Of a stretch of DNA of 43,591 bases, positions 17,009-25,783 are shown piece by piece. The number at the start of each line of letters is the position of its first letter. Position 1 is the stretch's first letter. The position numbers were made by a program, and so were the translations under genes. Source of the DNA: Myxococcaceae bacterium (lineage in GTDB: Bacteria; Myxococcota; Myxococcia; Myxococcales; Myxococcaceae); NCBI GenBank assembly GCA_040400045.1, contig JBBAQZ010000018.1:1-43591 (forward strand), read 5' to 3'. The notes beneath the pieces are model-generated. The model was not told the DNA's origin. It did no database searches and saw only the letters and a program-made list of their open reading frames with translations.

Positions 17009-17185
17009 CACCTTCAGCTTCCGGCTTCGCAACCTCGATGGCGGAGCGGGTGTGCCGGCGGTGGTGGCCTCGTCGGTGGAGCAGGGGTGGCTGTTCGTCG
17101 GCTGGCGCGACACGACCTCGATTCGGGTGCGGAAGGTCTGCGCTCCCTGAAGGTCGTGAACGGCTGGGCGCGGAGTGACGCCGAC

Positions 17186-17956
17186 TCAGGGGTCGTCGAT
17201 GAACTCAGCCACTTCTGCCGCGAGGCGAGCGCGATCGGCGTCGTGGGGCAGAATGTGGAAGCCGCGCTGGAGCACCAGGAAGCGGGAGCCCGGCATGTCG
17301 GCATGCAGCGCCTCGATGCTCTGGAACTGCACGACATGGTCCTGCACGGCCGCCGCGATGAGCGTCGGAGCAGTCACTCGCGGCGCTGCTCGCCGCGCCA
17401 ACCGCTGCAGCTCGAATAAGTCGAGGAGCCTGCCAAGCGGGTACCTCGGCAGCACCGGTGATTGCGCGCGCGCCGCCTCGTCTTCGAGGTCGGTCGTCTT
17501 CTTCTCGAGCCATCGCGCGGCGAAGCCCTGCACGACGCCCGGGCCCAGCCGCTCGAGCAGCCGGCCAGCGCGCTGCTGGACCCGCATCACCGGCGCCAGC
17601 AACACCAGCTTCGACGCCCGCGCGCCGTGTCGCTCGGCCACCAACAGCCCCAGCAACCCGCCCATCGAAAGGCCCGCGATGCAAACCCGAGGGAAGCGGG
17701 CGAGTGAGTCGAAGGCGTCCTCTGCAGCGGCCAGCCAGTCCCGCCACGTGACCCAGAGCATGTCTTCGGGAACGGTGCCGTGGCCCGGGAGTCGGGGGGC
17801 GCGAACGAAGAAGCCGCGGGCGGCGAGCGACTCCGCCAGCGGGCGGACCTCCCACGGGCTCCCCGTGAAGCCATGGAGCAGCAGCACCGCGGTCGTCGCG
17901 TCAGATGGGCCGAGATCGAACGATGACGTGCGAGCGGGGTCGAGAGGGAAGGACAC
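17186..17956 (-). CDS. Alpha/beta-hydrolase-fold carboxylesterase or thioesterase (Est/YvaK-like).
   Basis: 256 aa with an oxyanion-hole region LLLHGFTGSP and the nucleophile elbow GLSMGG. The C-terminal HILPHDAD holds the catalytic His/Asp region. Confidence 0.7.
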   Translation of the reverse strand: MSFPLDPARTSSFDLGPSDATTAVLLLHGFTGSPWEVRPLAESLAARGFFVRAPRLPGHGTVPEDMLWVTWRDWLAAAEDAFDSLARFPRVCIAGLSMGGLLGLLVAERHGARASKLVLLAPVMRVQQRAGRLLERLGPGVVQGFAARWLEKKTTDLEDEAARAQSPVLPRYPLGRLLDLFELQRLARRAAPRVTAPTLIAAAVQDHVVQFQSIEALHADMPGSRFLVLQRGFHILPHDADRARLAAEVAEFIDDP

Positions 17957-18054
17957 GGCGGGCGAGCCGATGGTGACAGGCCCTCGTGCCAGCGCAACAC
18001 GTTTGCGTTGCGAGTGTTCACCTCGTGCGGTCGCCGGGGTAGACCGTCGGCATC

Positions 18055-18345
18055 ATGAGTGAAACGCCGAAGCCGCCCGAGATTCAGCTTCAAATCCAGC
18101 TCGACGACGACGTGGCCAACGGCCGCTATGCGAACATGGCGCTCGTCAACCACACCGAGACCGAGTTCACGCTCGACTTCATCTACGTGCAGCCGCAGCA
18201 GCCTCGCGCCAAGGTGCTCTCGCGCATCATCACCAACCCCAAGCACATGAAGCGCCTGTTGATGGCGATTCAAGAGAACCTCGCCAAGTACGAGTCGAAG
18301 TTCGGGCCGGTGGAGATCATCGACCCCGGCACTCCCGTTCACTGA
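18055..18345 (+). CDS. DUF3467 family small protein (96 aa).
   Basis: YANMALVNHTETEFTLDFIYVQPQQPRAKVLSRIITNPKHMKRLLMAIQENLAKYESKFGP matches the conserved DUF3467 core remembered from other bacteria (YxNxxxVNHSxxEFxLDF, PxAKVxSRIIMTP, HAKRLLxALQ). Confidence 0.7.
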   Translation: MSETPKPPEIQLQIQLDDDVANGRYANMALVNHTETEFTLDFIYVQPQQPRAKVLSRIITNPKHMKRLLMAIQENLAKYESKFGPVEIIDPGTPVH

Positions 18346-18356
18346 TGAGGGCGTGA

Positions 18357-19187
18357 ATGGTGGTGATCGCCGGCGCGTCGCAGCGGTTGATGCGGTCGAT
18401 GAGGTCTGGAGGACTGTGGTGTGCGCTCGTCCTGGTGATGGCGGCGGCTGGCGCGCAGGCGGCCTGTGAAGACGGAATTCGACTGTTCCCCGCGCCCGGC
18501 GCGACGGTGCCGACCAACGTGCAGTTCGTGCTCGAAGGCGTGTTGGCCGAGCAGGAGCGCGTGTCGAAGCTCGTCGGCTCGTCCGAGCTTGCGCTGCTGG
18601 GCGGTGGAGACCCGGTCGGCGTGACGGTCGAGAAGGGCTGGTCGTCGACGATGAATCGGGTCGCGGTGAAGCTGAAGCCGACGCGGCCGCTGCAGCCCAA
18701 CACCGAGTACACGCTCACCATCGGCCGTGTCTTGCCCCTGGTGAAGCTGCTCAACGATACCTGGGGTGACAACACCGCTCGGTGGCACACGGGGCCCTCG
18801 GCCGACACCGTGGCGCCGAAGTTCCTCACCAAGCCAGCCGTGTCAGAGGGGTTCTACCAGCGCACCCGCGGTGGGCTGACCCGCACCTTGAAGCTGCGCA
18901 CGCAGGTCAACGACATCGGCGCGTCCTATCTGTTGCTGACGATGGTGCGCGCCCGTGGCGTGGCCGCGAAGCAGCAATACGCGGTGCCAATCGACGGCGA
19001 GGGCGTGGTGGTCGGACACGACGTCTGCTCGGGCAGCTTCGGGTTCGACGACGGGCGCGCGTATCGCCTGGCGGTCGAGTTGTTCGACGCCGCTGGGAAC
19101 GCCGCGTCGAAGCCCTTCAACCTCGAGCTGTCGGCGCCGCGGCCGACAGGACCTGCGCCTGAGCTGGAGAAGCAAGAGGGCCGCTGA
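18357..19187 (+). CDS. Hypothetical secreted protein. The start is probably at an internal Met, around 18390-18399, just before the signal peptide.
   Basis: Signal peptide MRSGGLWCALVLVMAAAGAQA is followed by a coherent, non-repetitive 240-aa sequence. No domain recognised. Confidence 0.5.
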   Translation: MVVIAGASQRLMRSMRSGGLWCALVLVMAAAGAQAACEDGIRLFPAPGATVPTNVQFVLEGVLAEQERVSKLVGSSELALLGGGDPVGVTVEKGWSSTMNRVAVKLKPTRPLQPNTEYTLTIGRVLPLVKLLNDTWGDNTARWHTGPSADTVAPKFLTKPAVSEGFYQRTRGGLTRTLKLRTQVNDIGASYLLLTMVRARGVAAKQQYAVPIDGEGVVVGHDVCSGSFGFDDGRAYRLAVELFDAAGNAASKPFNLELSAPRPTGPAPELEKQEGR

Positions 19188-19524
19188 GTCAGCTCAGCGC
19201 GTTCCACCATCGGGAACCCAGGGCCAGGCGAAGAGACTCGTGTCGAGCGCGGTCGGTCGCAGCGCCTCCCCGCGCGAGCCGACCTTGCGGTTTGGCTCGT
19301 TCCAGCACATCTGGGTCCGCTCCAGCGGTACGCCAGGCAGCTCGTTGAGGACGCGAAGAAGGGTGAGGAGGTGCGTGTGCAGTCGAGGCAACAGGTGCCC
19401 GGGCGAGTGCACGGAGGCGTCGGTGCTCCGACGGTCCAGAAACGCCAAGGCACCTGACACGGGCACCCAGTGTCTGGGGTGAAACCACTTGAAATAGCTG
19501 GCGTTTTCATCGTTCTCTCAGAAG

Positions 19525-19983
19525 TTGGCAAGGCGCTCGCACAGCAGTCCCGGCGAAGGGGAACTCACCGTGCGCGCTCTGCTCCTCACACTCGTCGTCG
19601 TGCTCTCGGCTGCATGCACGGGGGAGTACTCCGCGACGCCCGAGGAGCTCGCCCGCTACGAGTTCTTCGCCGAAGTGAAGGTCAACCCGACGGCGCCGGT
19701 CGCCGGCCGCATGGTGAACCTGAACCTCGAGCTGTCGAGCCGATCCAACCAGCTGGTGGTCGTCGACGTGATTCTCCGCGCGGTGCGCGCTGACGGCAGC
19801 GTGATGAACGAGCAGGTGTGGCCGCGGGTGACGTTCCACCCTGAAGAAGTGTGGAACCTCACGCAGGGTTTCCTGTCGCGCACCGACGAGCGCGGCACCT
19901 TCGACGTCGTCATCGAGACCCGCGAGTCGGCGTCGGGCAAGGTGCGCTGGACCGGGCCCGGCCCGACCTACGCGTTCCGTTAA
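19525..19983 (+). CDS. Hypothetical lipoprotein (about 135 aa mature).
   Basis: Lipobox LLLTLVVVLSAAC near the N-terminus, then a beta-rich sequence. The stop abuts the convergent acyl-CoA ligase stop. Confidence 0.45.
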   Translation: MARRSHSSPGEGELTVRALLLTLVVVLSAACTGEYSATPEELARYEFFAEVKVNPTAPVAGRMVNLNLELSSRSNQLVVVDVILRAVRADGSVMNEQVWPRVTFHPEEVWNLTQGFLSRTDERGTFDVVIETRESASGKVRWTGPGPTYAFR

Positions 19984-21602
19984 GGCAGCGCGTAGTCCTT
20001 GAACCGATCGCGCAGCTGACGCTTCAGCACCTTCCCGGTCGGCCCCAGCGGCAGCGCGTCGACGAACTCGATCGCGTCGGGCAGCCACCACTTCACCAGC
20101 TTCGTCTCGAGAAACGCCTGGAGCTCGGCCTTCGAGACGTCCTTGTCCTTGTGTTTCACCACGACGAGGAGCGGGCGTTCGACCCAGCGGGGGTGGGGAA
20201 CGCCGACGGCCGCGGCTTGCGCGATGGCGGGGTGCAGGGTGGCGGCGTGCTCGACGTCGATGGAGCTGATCCACTCTCCGCCCGACTTGATGACGTCTTT
20301 GCTGCGGTCGGTGATCTGCATGTACCCCTCGCCGTCGATGGTGGCGATGTCACCGGTGGCGAACCAGTCTCCGTCGTGGTGCGAGCGGTCGTCGGAGTGG
20401 AAGTACGCGCTCGCCACCCAGCCGCCCTTCGCCTGCAGGTGGCCTGACGTCTTGCCGTCGTGAGGCACGATCTTCCCGTCGTCATCGACGAGGCGCAGAT
20501 CGACGCCGAAGATGGGCCGGCCCTGCTTGAGCTGAATGGCGAGGCGCTGCTCCTTCGAGAGGGCCTGGTGCGTGGGGAGCAGCACGCACGCCGTGCCGAG
20601 CGGCGACAGCTCGGTCATGCCCCAGGCGTGCAGCACCCGCGCGCCGTGCTCTTCCTGGAAGGCGGTGATCATCGAGGGCGGGCAGGCCGAGCCGCCGATG
20701 GTGACCTTGGTGAGCGTCGCCATTCTGACCTGCTTGGTCTTCGCGGCGGCCAGCAGCCCGAGCCACACGGTCGGAACGCCGAGCGCGCTGGTCACACGTT
20801 CGGCCTGAATGAGCTCGAGCAGGCTCACGCCGTCGAGCGCGGGCCCCGGCAGCACCAGCTTCGAGCCCACCATCGCCGCGGCGTAGGGCACGCCCCATGC
20901 GTTGACGTGGAACATCGGCACGACGGGAAGGGTGACGTCCTGCGCCGAGATGGCGAGCGCGTCGGCCATGCAGATGGCGTAGCTGTGCAGCACGGTGCTG
21001 CGGTGCGAGTAGAGGACGCCCTTGGGCATCCCGACCGTGCCCGACGTGTAGCAGAGCGAGCTGGCCGTGTTCTCGTCGAGGACTGGCCACGAGAAGGTCG
21101 TCGGCTGGCCCGGGAGCAGCGACTCGTACGCGCGCAGGCCTGTGATGCCGGTGTCTTTCGGCAGGTGCGCTTCGTCGGTCAGCGCGACGAACTGCTTGAT
21201 GGGCGTGGGCACCGACGCGAGGTGCTTCGCGAGCGGCGCGAAGGTCGTGTCGAAGCACAGCATCACGTCGCCTGCGTCGTTGGCGATGTACGCGAGCTGG
21301 TCGGGGGGCAGCCGCGGGTTGATCGTATGGAGCACCGCGCCCATGCCCGACACTGCGAAGTAGAGCTCGAGGTGGCGTTGGGTGTTCCACGCGAGGGTGG
21401 CCACGACGTCACCGGGCTTGATGCCTGCGGCCGTCAACGCGTTCGCGAGCTGGCGGACCCGATCGGCGAGGCCACTCCAGGTGGTGCGAACGATCGGCCC
21501 TTCGACGGTGCGGGTGACGATCTCGACCGAGCGGTGAAAGCGCGCGGCGAACTCGAGCTGCGACGAGATGAGCAGGGGCTGCGTCATCATGAGGCCGTTC
21601 AT
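19980..21602 (-). CDS. fadD: Medium/long-chain fatty-acid--CoA ligase (AMP-dependent synthetase/ligase, FadD-like), 540 aa counted from the internal Met.
   Basis: AMP-binding motif YTSGTVGMPKGV, HVNAWG, TELSP, FATGDIATIDGEGYMQITDRSKDVIKSGGEWISSIDVE, and the C-terminal LPLGPTGKVLKRQLR (A10 Lys). Internal ATG at 21600-21602 (reverse strand) has an AGGAG 7 nt upstream. It lies in frame with the upstream NUDIX domain with no intervening stop. Confidence 0.8.
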   Translation of the reverse strand: MNGLMMTQPLLISSQLEFAARFHRSVEIVTRTVEGPIVRTTWSGLADRVRQLANALTAAGIKPGDVVATLAWNTQRHLELYFAVSGMGAVLHTINPRLPPDQLAYIANDAGDVMLCFDTTFAPLAKHLASVPTPIKQFVALTDEAHLPKDTGITGLRAYESLLPGQPTTFSWPVLDENTASSLCYTSGTVGMPKGVLYSHRSTVLHSYAICMADALAISAQDVTLPVVPMFHVNAWGVPYAAAMVGSKLVLPGPALDGVSLLELIQAERVTSALGVPTVWLGLLAAAKTKQVRMATLTKVTIGGSACPPSMITAFQEEHGARVLHAWGMTELSPLGTACVLLPTHQALSKEQRLAIQLKQGRPIFGVDLRLVDDDGKIVPHDGKTSGHLQAKGGWVASAYFHSDDRSHHDGDWFATGDIATIDGEGYMQITDRSKDVIKSGGEWISSIDVEHAATLHPAIAQAAAVGVPHPRWVERPLLVVVKHKDKDVSKAELQAFLETKLVKWWLPDAIEFVDALPLGPTGKVLKRQLRDRFKDYALP

Positions 21603-22298
21603 CGGGGCTCCTGGGCGAAAGGAACCCCCGATGTACCCCGGGCCCTCGACCGCGGGGGACGGTTTGAGGTGACGCGCCGCACCAGCGGCAGGAGGCGCTC
21701 GACGATGGTCGCGCCTGGCGCGGATTCCGCCCCATCGAGCGCTTCTCGGAAACCCGGTCGCCGTTCGCGCCTTCTCGAGCATTCGACGGAGCGGTGCCTC
21801 ATCAGCGCGAGCCAGCGCGTCGTCCCAGGTGAGCCACTGCGCGCCATGCGATTCGGCCGGGTCGTGCTTCAACGCGTCGGGGGCCTCGGCGACGACGAGG
21901 TAACGCACGTCGAGGTGACGGTGCTCCGGGTCGCCTCTTCGCGCGGGAATGACGTGAACGTCGACGTCGAGTGGACGTGGCGCGTGGGGGTGGAGTGCGA
22001 CGTGAAGCCCCGTCTCTTCACGCGCCTCTCGCAGCGCCGTCGCTTCCATCGAGCCGCCATCGGCCGCGTCTGCGTGCCCGCCCGGTTGGAGCCATCGGTG
22101 GAGCTTCGCGTGGAGCAGGAGACAGACCCGCGCGCCGTCGGGGGTCACGACGACAGCGCTGCCGGTGAAGTGGGCGGGCCACTGGGTGCGCGAGAACGGC
22201 TCGGCGAGGGTGGACGCGAAGTCACGCATCGCTGAGAGATCGAGGCGCTCCTTGTCGTCGAGTGGCCGGTGCGCTGCGAGCAGGTCGATCAGGGTCAT
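21603..22298 (-). CDS. NUDIX hydrolase domain. This is the N-terminal 232 codons of the continuous 772-aa ORF 19980..22298, and it is either a separate gene or an N-terminal fusion to the acyl-CoA ligase.
   Basis: NUDIX-fold blocks VCLLLHAKLHRWLQPGGHADAADGGSMEATALREAREETGLHV (Nudix-box-like REAREETGL), DVDVHVIPA, and HLDVRYLVV. No stop codon separates it from the ligase frame. The linker is Arg/Pro-rich. Confidence 0.45.
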
Positions 22299-23530
22299 GG
22301 GGTGAGCGGGAGCGGAACGACGCGCAGCTCTCGCGCGGTCGTGCCCAGGAGGAAGAGGAAGTCGCGGCTCGCGCCCACCAGGTCTGACGGGAGCAGGTCG
22401 AACGACGTGCCGTCGCGGCGCTGCGTGAGGAGCACGATGCGCCGTGGGCCAGCGTCTGGGGAAGTGAGGAGGATCGGCGGGAACCCCCCAGCCAGCTCAA
22501 TCACCTCGGTCTGCGCGGGCTGGAGTCCGGGCGGCAAGGGCACCGTGAGCGCGACGCCCGCGTCAAGCACGACGGGGCGTTTGACGAGACTGATGGACGT
22601 GAACTCGCCAAAGGGGGCGAGGGGCGTCGTTCCCCTGTCGACCAACCAGAGGTACGACGAATCGAGCCCGAGGAAGCGGGCGTCATCTCCGTTCACCACG
22701 CAGCGGCTCTGATCTCCTGGTCGTGCCGTGACTTCGCAGATCGACCCCGGCGTGACGCTGAGCACCCGAGGGCCCTCCGACCACCGCGCGCCCGACGAGA
22801 GCCCGTGGTCCCGCCGTTCCAAAGTCCCGGCGTCGAAGTCGTAGCGCGAAGGGCCGACGATCGCGCTGAGCTCGTCGGCCGAGCTGCCAGCCCCGGCCAG
22901 GAGCAGGGTCGCCGTCGCGGTCAGCACCAGGCCGGCGTCAAGCTGGTCCTCATACCTGCGGATGTCGGAGCGCCCGATCGCCCAGGCGACGTTGCCCACG
23001 GTGAGCAGCCGCTCGACGCCAGTCAGCGTAACCGACTGACCATCGCGCGATGCCAGGAAGCCACCGTCTCGAGTCGCGCAGAACTGGGTGCCCGTGGTGG
23101 TCCGCGCCGGGCGAACACAGGGCTCGGGAAACCGCAGCAGGAAGCCCGCGTCGCCTTGACGATCGGTGCCGACGAAGACCGGCAGCTGGACGACGCCAAG
23201 GGTCGGCTCGACGAACACCTGCAGAAAGTGAGTCCCTGCAGCGAGTGCCGGAAGGGCGACCTCGAGCTCGACCGTCCCCCCGACCTGGATCAGCCGCGTC
23301 ACCTCGACCGGCACCCGCGTCCCCGACGGAGTGGTCAGCAGTGACTGTGCGCTCAGCGCACCCTCGGGGAGGGGGCACGCGGTGCCCGTCAGGACGAACG
23401 AGAACGCCTGCGGCACACCTGCGCTCATGAGGAGCGCGGCAGGGAGAGGGCGAGGCGCGGCGACCAGGGTGCAGTCCCCGGTCGAAGGAGGACACGAGGT
23501 CAGCAGCAGGGCGAGCCAGAGGTGCTTCAC
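22295..23530 (-). CDS. Hypothetical lipoprotein (about 411 aa) with a GTG start. Only the C-terminal two-thirds of the tracked 642-aa ORF is taken as real.
   Basis: GTG at 23528-23530 (reverse strand) gives VKHLWLALLLTSCPP, a lipoprotein signal with a lipobox Cys. A coherent sequence follows. Upstream of it the frame is Arg/Gly junk. Its stop overlaps the NUDIX start by 4 nt. Confidence 0.45.
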   Translation of the reverse strand: MKHLWLALLLTSCPPSTGDCTLVAAPRPLPAALLMSAGVPQAFSFVLTGTACPLPEGALSAQSLLTTPSGTRVPVEVTRLIQVGGTVELEVALPALAAGTHFLQVFVEPTLGVVQLPVFVGTDRQGDAGFLLRFPEPCVRPARTTTGTQFCATRDGGFLASRDGQSVTLTGVERLLTVGNVAWAIGRSDIRRYEDQLDAGLVLTATATLLLAGAGSSADELSAIVGPSRYDFDAGTLERRDHGLSSGARWSEGPRVLSVTPGSICEVTARPGDQSRCVVNGDDARFLGLDSSYLWLVDRGTTPLAPFGEFTSISLVKRPVVLDAGVALTVPLPPGLQPAQTEVIELAGGFPPILLTSPDAGPRRIVLLTQRRDGTSFDLLPSDLVGASRDFLFLLGTTARELRVVPLPLTP

Positions 23531-23758
23531 GAGGCGTTCATAGACACGCGGTGAGGCGCTGCGTGAGCGTGCAGAGAAGGAAGGTGACTTGACCGGTCGT
23601 TCGGACACATGGGAGCTCAGTCTCAGACCTTCCCCGCACCCCGGCGGGCCCCAACGCCCCCTCGACGCCCTTCCCGTTTTCAGCTGTGTTCGACTCGTTC
23701 TTTTCTTGTTCTTCGCAGCACAAGCCCCTGTGGGAGCCGAACGCCTGCGGCGTGTGAC

Positions 23759-24229
23759 ATGGGGTCCAGTGCAATGACCGCTGAAGACTGCGACGCCTGT
23801 GCTGCACGAGGCGCGCTGACCTTCGACGCCGACACCGTGAGCGATCCTCCGAAGGGCTCGCCCATGTTGTTCAGGTTTCATCAGGATGTGCGCCGGGAGT
23901 TCAGTGGCTCCCGGAGTGTCGAGGAGCAGCGCGTCGCCTGTCCTGATTGCGGGCGGCTGTACCTGCGAACGCTGACCAACGCGACCCGGTGCTCGTGCGG
24001 CCAGTCCTTCGTCGTCGTCTTCACGGAGCGCGTGGACTTCCGCGACGGGTCCGACACGCAGGTCGAGCTCGCGGTCGCACTCTGGCCCGCAGAGCGCGAA
24101 GGCCTCGAGGGCGCGTTCCAACCACTCACGCTCACGAAGCTCGTCCGTGGCAGGGCCTTTCTCGTGAAGAGCACTGGAGACGCGCCGCGGTGGGTCGCCT
24201 CGGGCTTCTCCATCGGCCCGCACGATTGA
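23759..24229 (+). CDS. Small Cys-rich (zinc-ribbon-like) hypothetical protein. The start could be the ATG at 23759 or at 23774.
   Basis: CDAC ... CPDCG ... CSCG spacing suggests a Zn ribbon. The 23609-23758 extension of the tracked ORF is Pro/Arg junk. Confidence 0.4.
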   Translation: MGSSAMTAEDCDACAARGALTFDADTVSDPPKGSPMLFRFHQDVRREFSGSRSVEEQRVACPDCGRLYLRTLTNATRCSCGQSFVVVFTERVDFRDGSDTQVELAVALWPAEREGLEGAFQPLTLTKLVRGRAFLVKSTGDAPRWVASGFSIGPHD

Positions 24230-24377
24230 GTTCGTCTCTTTCGCGCGACGGCCGACTCAGGGGCTCGACCTCTTCAATCACTGCACCACCAACCACCGGC
24301 CCACGCGGCGAACGAGACCGCCCAGGCAGCCGGCGCGACCGTTCGGCCAGAGCCCCTGCCGTCGCGGGGCCGCCTGG

Positions 24378-25502
24378 GTGACGCTGCAGCCCATGAAGCG
24401 GCTCTCGCGGTGGTCCCTCTTCCTCGTCGCTGTGCTGGCCCTGCAGGTGCTGCGGGTCGAGGCGTGCGTCAGCACCTCGCAGGCCGATGCCGAGGCGCGC
24501 CTCGCGTACCTCGCGCGCAGAATCGACGACGGCTCGTTCCCCGGCCTCGCGCCCGGGCCGCCCTTCGACGGTGAGTGGAAGGTCGGCACGCTGTCGATGT
24601 CGTCGCTCGCCGCGCTCAACCTCGCGCACGCCCGCCCCACGACGCGCCCGGCGCGCGCCGCGATGGTGTCGGCCTGGGCCGCGCGCATGCTGCGCGACGA
24701 CGTGCGCGCGTTCGACGCCGCGAAGTGGCGCTCCGACGCGCTGGCGACGCTGACGGGCCCCGAGGGCCATGCCGGCTACCTGGGGCACCTGGCGGTCGTC
24801 TTCGGGGCCCGATGCGCGCTGACTGGCGTCGTCGAGCCGCTGCACGCGCAGGTCGTCGACGCGCTGGCCCGCCGGGTGGATGCGTCCGAGAGCGCGCTCC
24901 TCGAGACGTACCCCGGGGAGACGTACGTGCCCGACAACGTCGCCGTCGCCGCCGGCATCGCGATGTTCAACGCCTGCGCCGGCACGGGGGCGCATGCGCC
25001 GACCCTGGAGCGCTGGGTGCGGACGATGCGAGCGCGCTGGCTCGACGAGCGCACCGGTGTGCTGGTGTTCGCGCCGGGGCAGGGCGCGAGGGGCTCGGGC
25101 GCGGCGTGGAACGCCATCTTCCTCCCGTTCGTCGACGAGGCCTTCGCGCGGGAGCAGGCCGAGCAGACGTGGCACACCCTCGGAGACGAGGCGCTCGGCG
25201 GGTGGCTCGCCGGCGTGCGCGAGTGGCCCGTGGGTGAGACGCGGGGCGGCGACGTCGACTCCGGCCCCCTCGTCTTCGGCGTCTCGCCCTCCGCGACGGG
25301 CTTCATGCTCGCCGCGGGGCTGCACCAGGAGCAGCTCCTGGCCACCATCGAGCTCGCCGGGTTCTCGTTCGGCGTGGAGGAGCGGCGGTACCTGCTCAGC
25401 CCGCTCGTCGGCGACGCCATCATCCTCGCCGCGAAGACGGCAGGCGCGAGGCGGGGCCGAGGCTTGTCGGTGGGCGCTGCCGACGGCGCGCCTGCTCCGT
25501 GA
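24378..25502 (+). CDS. Hypothetical secreted protein (start is the GTG at 24378 or the ATG at 24393).
   Basis: Signal peptide MKRLSRWSLFLVAVLALQVLRVEA, then a 350-aa non-repetitive sequence. The antisense 537-aa ORF 24132..25745 is rejected as a shadow. Confidence 0.5.
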   Translation: MTLQPMKRLSRWSLFLVAVLALQVLRVEACVSTSQADAEARLAYLARRIDDGSFPGLAPGPPFDGEWKVGTLSMSSLAALNLAHARPTTRPARAAMVSAWAARMLRDDVRAFDAAKWRSDALATLTGPEGHAGYLGHLAVVFGARCALTGVVEPLHAQVVDALARRVDASESALLETYPGETYVPDNVAVAAGIAMFNACAGTGAHAPTLERWVRTMRARWLDERTGVLVFAPGQGARGSGAAWNAIFLPFVDEAFAREQAEQTWHTLGDEALGGWLAGVREWPVGETRGGDVDSGPLVFGVSPSATGFMLAAGLHQEQLLATIELAGFSFGVEERRYLLSPLVGDAIILAAKTAGARRGRGLSVGAADGAPAP

Positions 25503-25783
25503 GGACGGGGCGCCGGCCAGCTGCCGACGGTCGGTTTCGAGGGTCAGCGCCTCGTGTTCGAGCGGCGGTGGGCCGTCCATCACGTCGCCGCGAGGCCCGA
25601 CGCGCACGTGTCCGATGGCGTGGCTGACGAAGGCCCTGCGGCACCCATTCGCGAAGCACCTGCGCCCATCCTTCACCGTGGCGCCAGGCTTGTCGTCGCT
25701 CCGCACCACGCTGCCGGTCGCCTCACCGGCGGAGCAGCTCATCATTCGCTCGCGCAGGCACGCGCCTTGCGTAGCGGGTCGCC

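Noticed and set aside
19188-19524. 337-nt intergenic region with a small minus ORF (19194..19466, 90 aa) and a 6-bp hairpin (ggtgcc-N7-ggcacc, about 19443-19462)
   Set aside because: The ORF has no start context or recognisable features. The hairpin is short with no U-tract. I could not support an sRNA or terminator call from sequence alone.
24132-25745. 537-aa minus-strand ORF
   Set aside because: It lies antisense to the signal-peptide-bearing + strand gene 24378..25502, and the translation is Arg/Gly/Pro-dominated.
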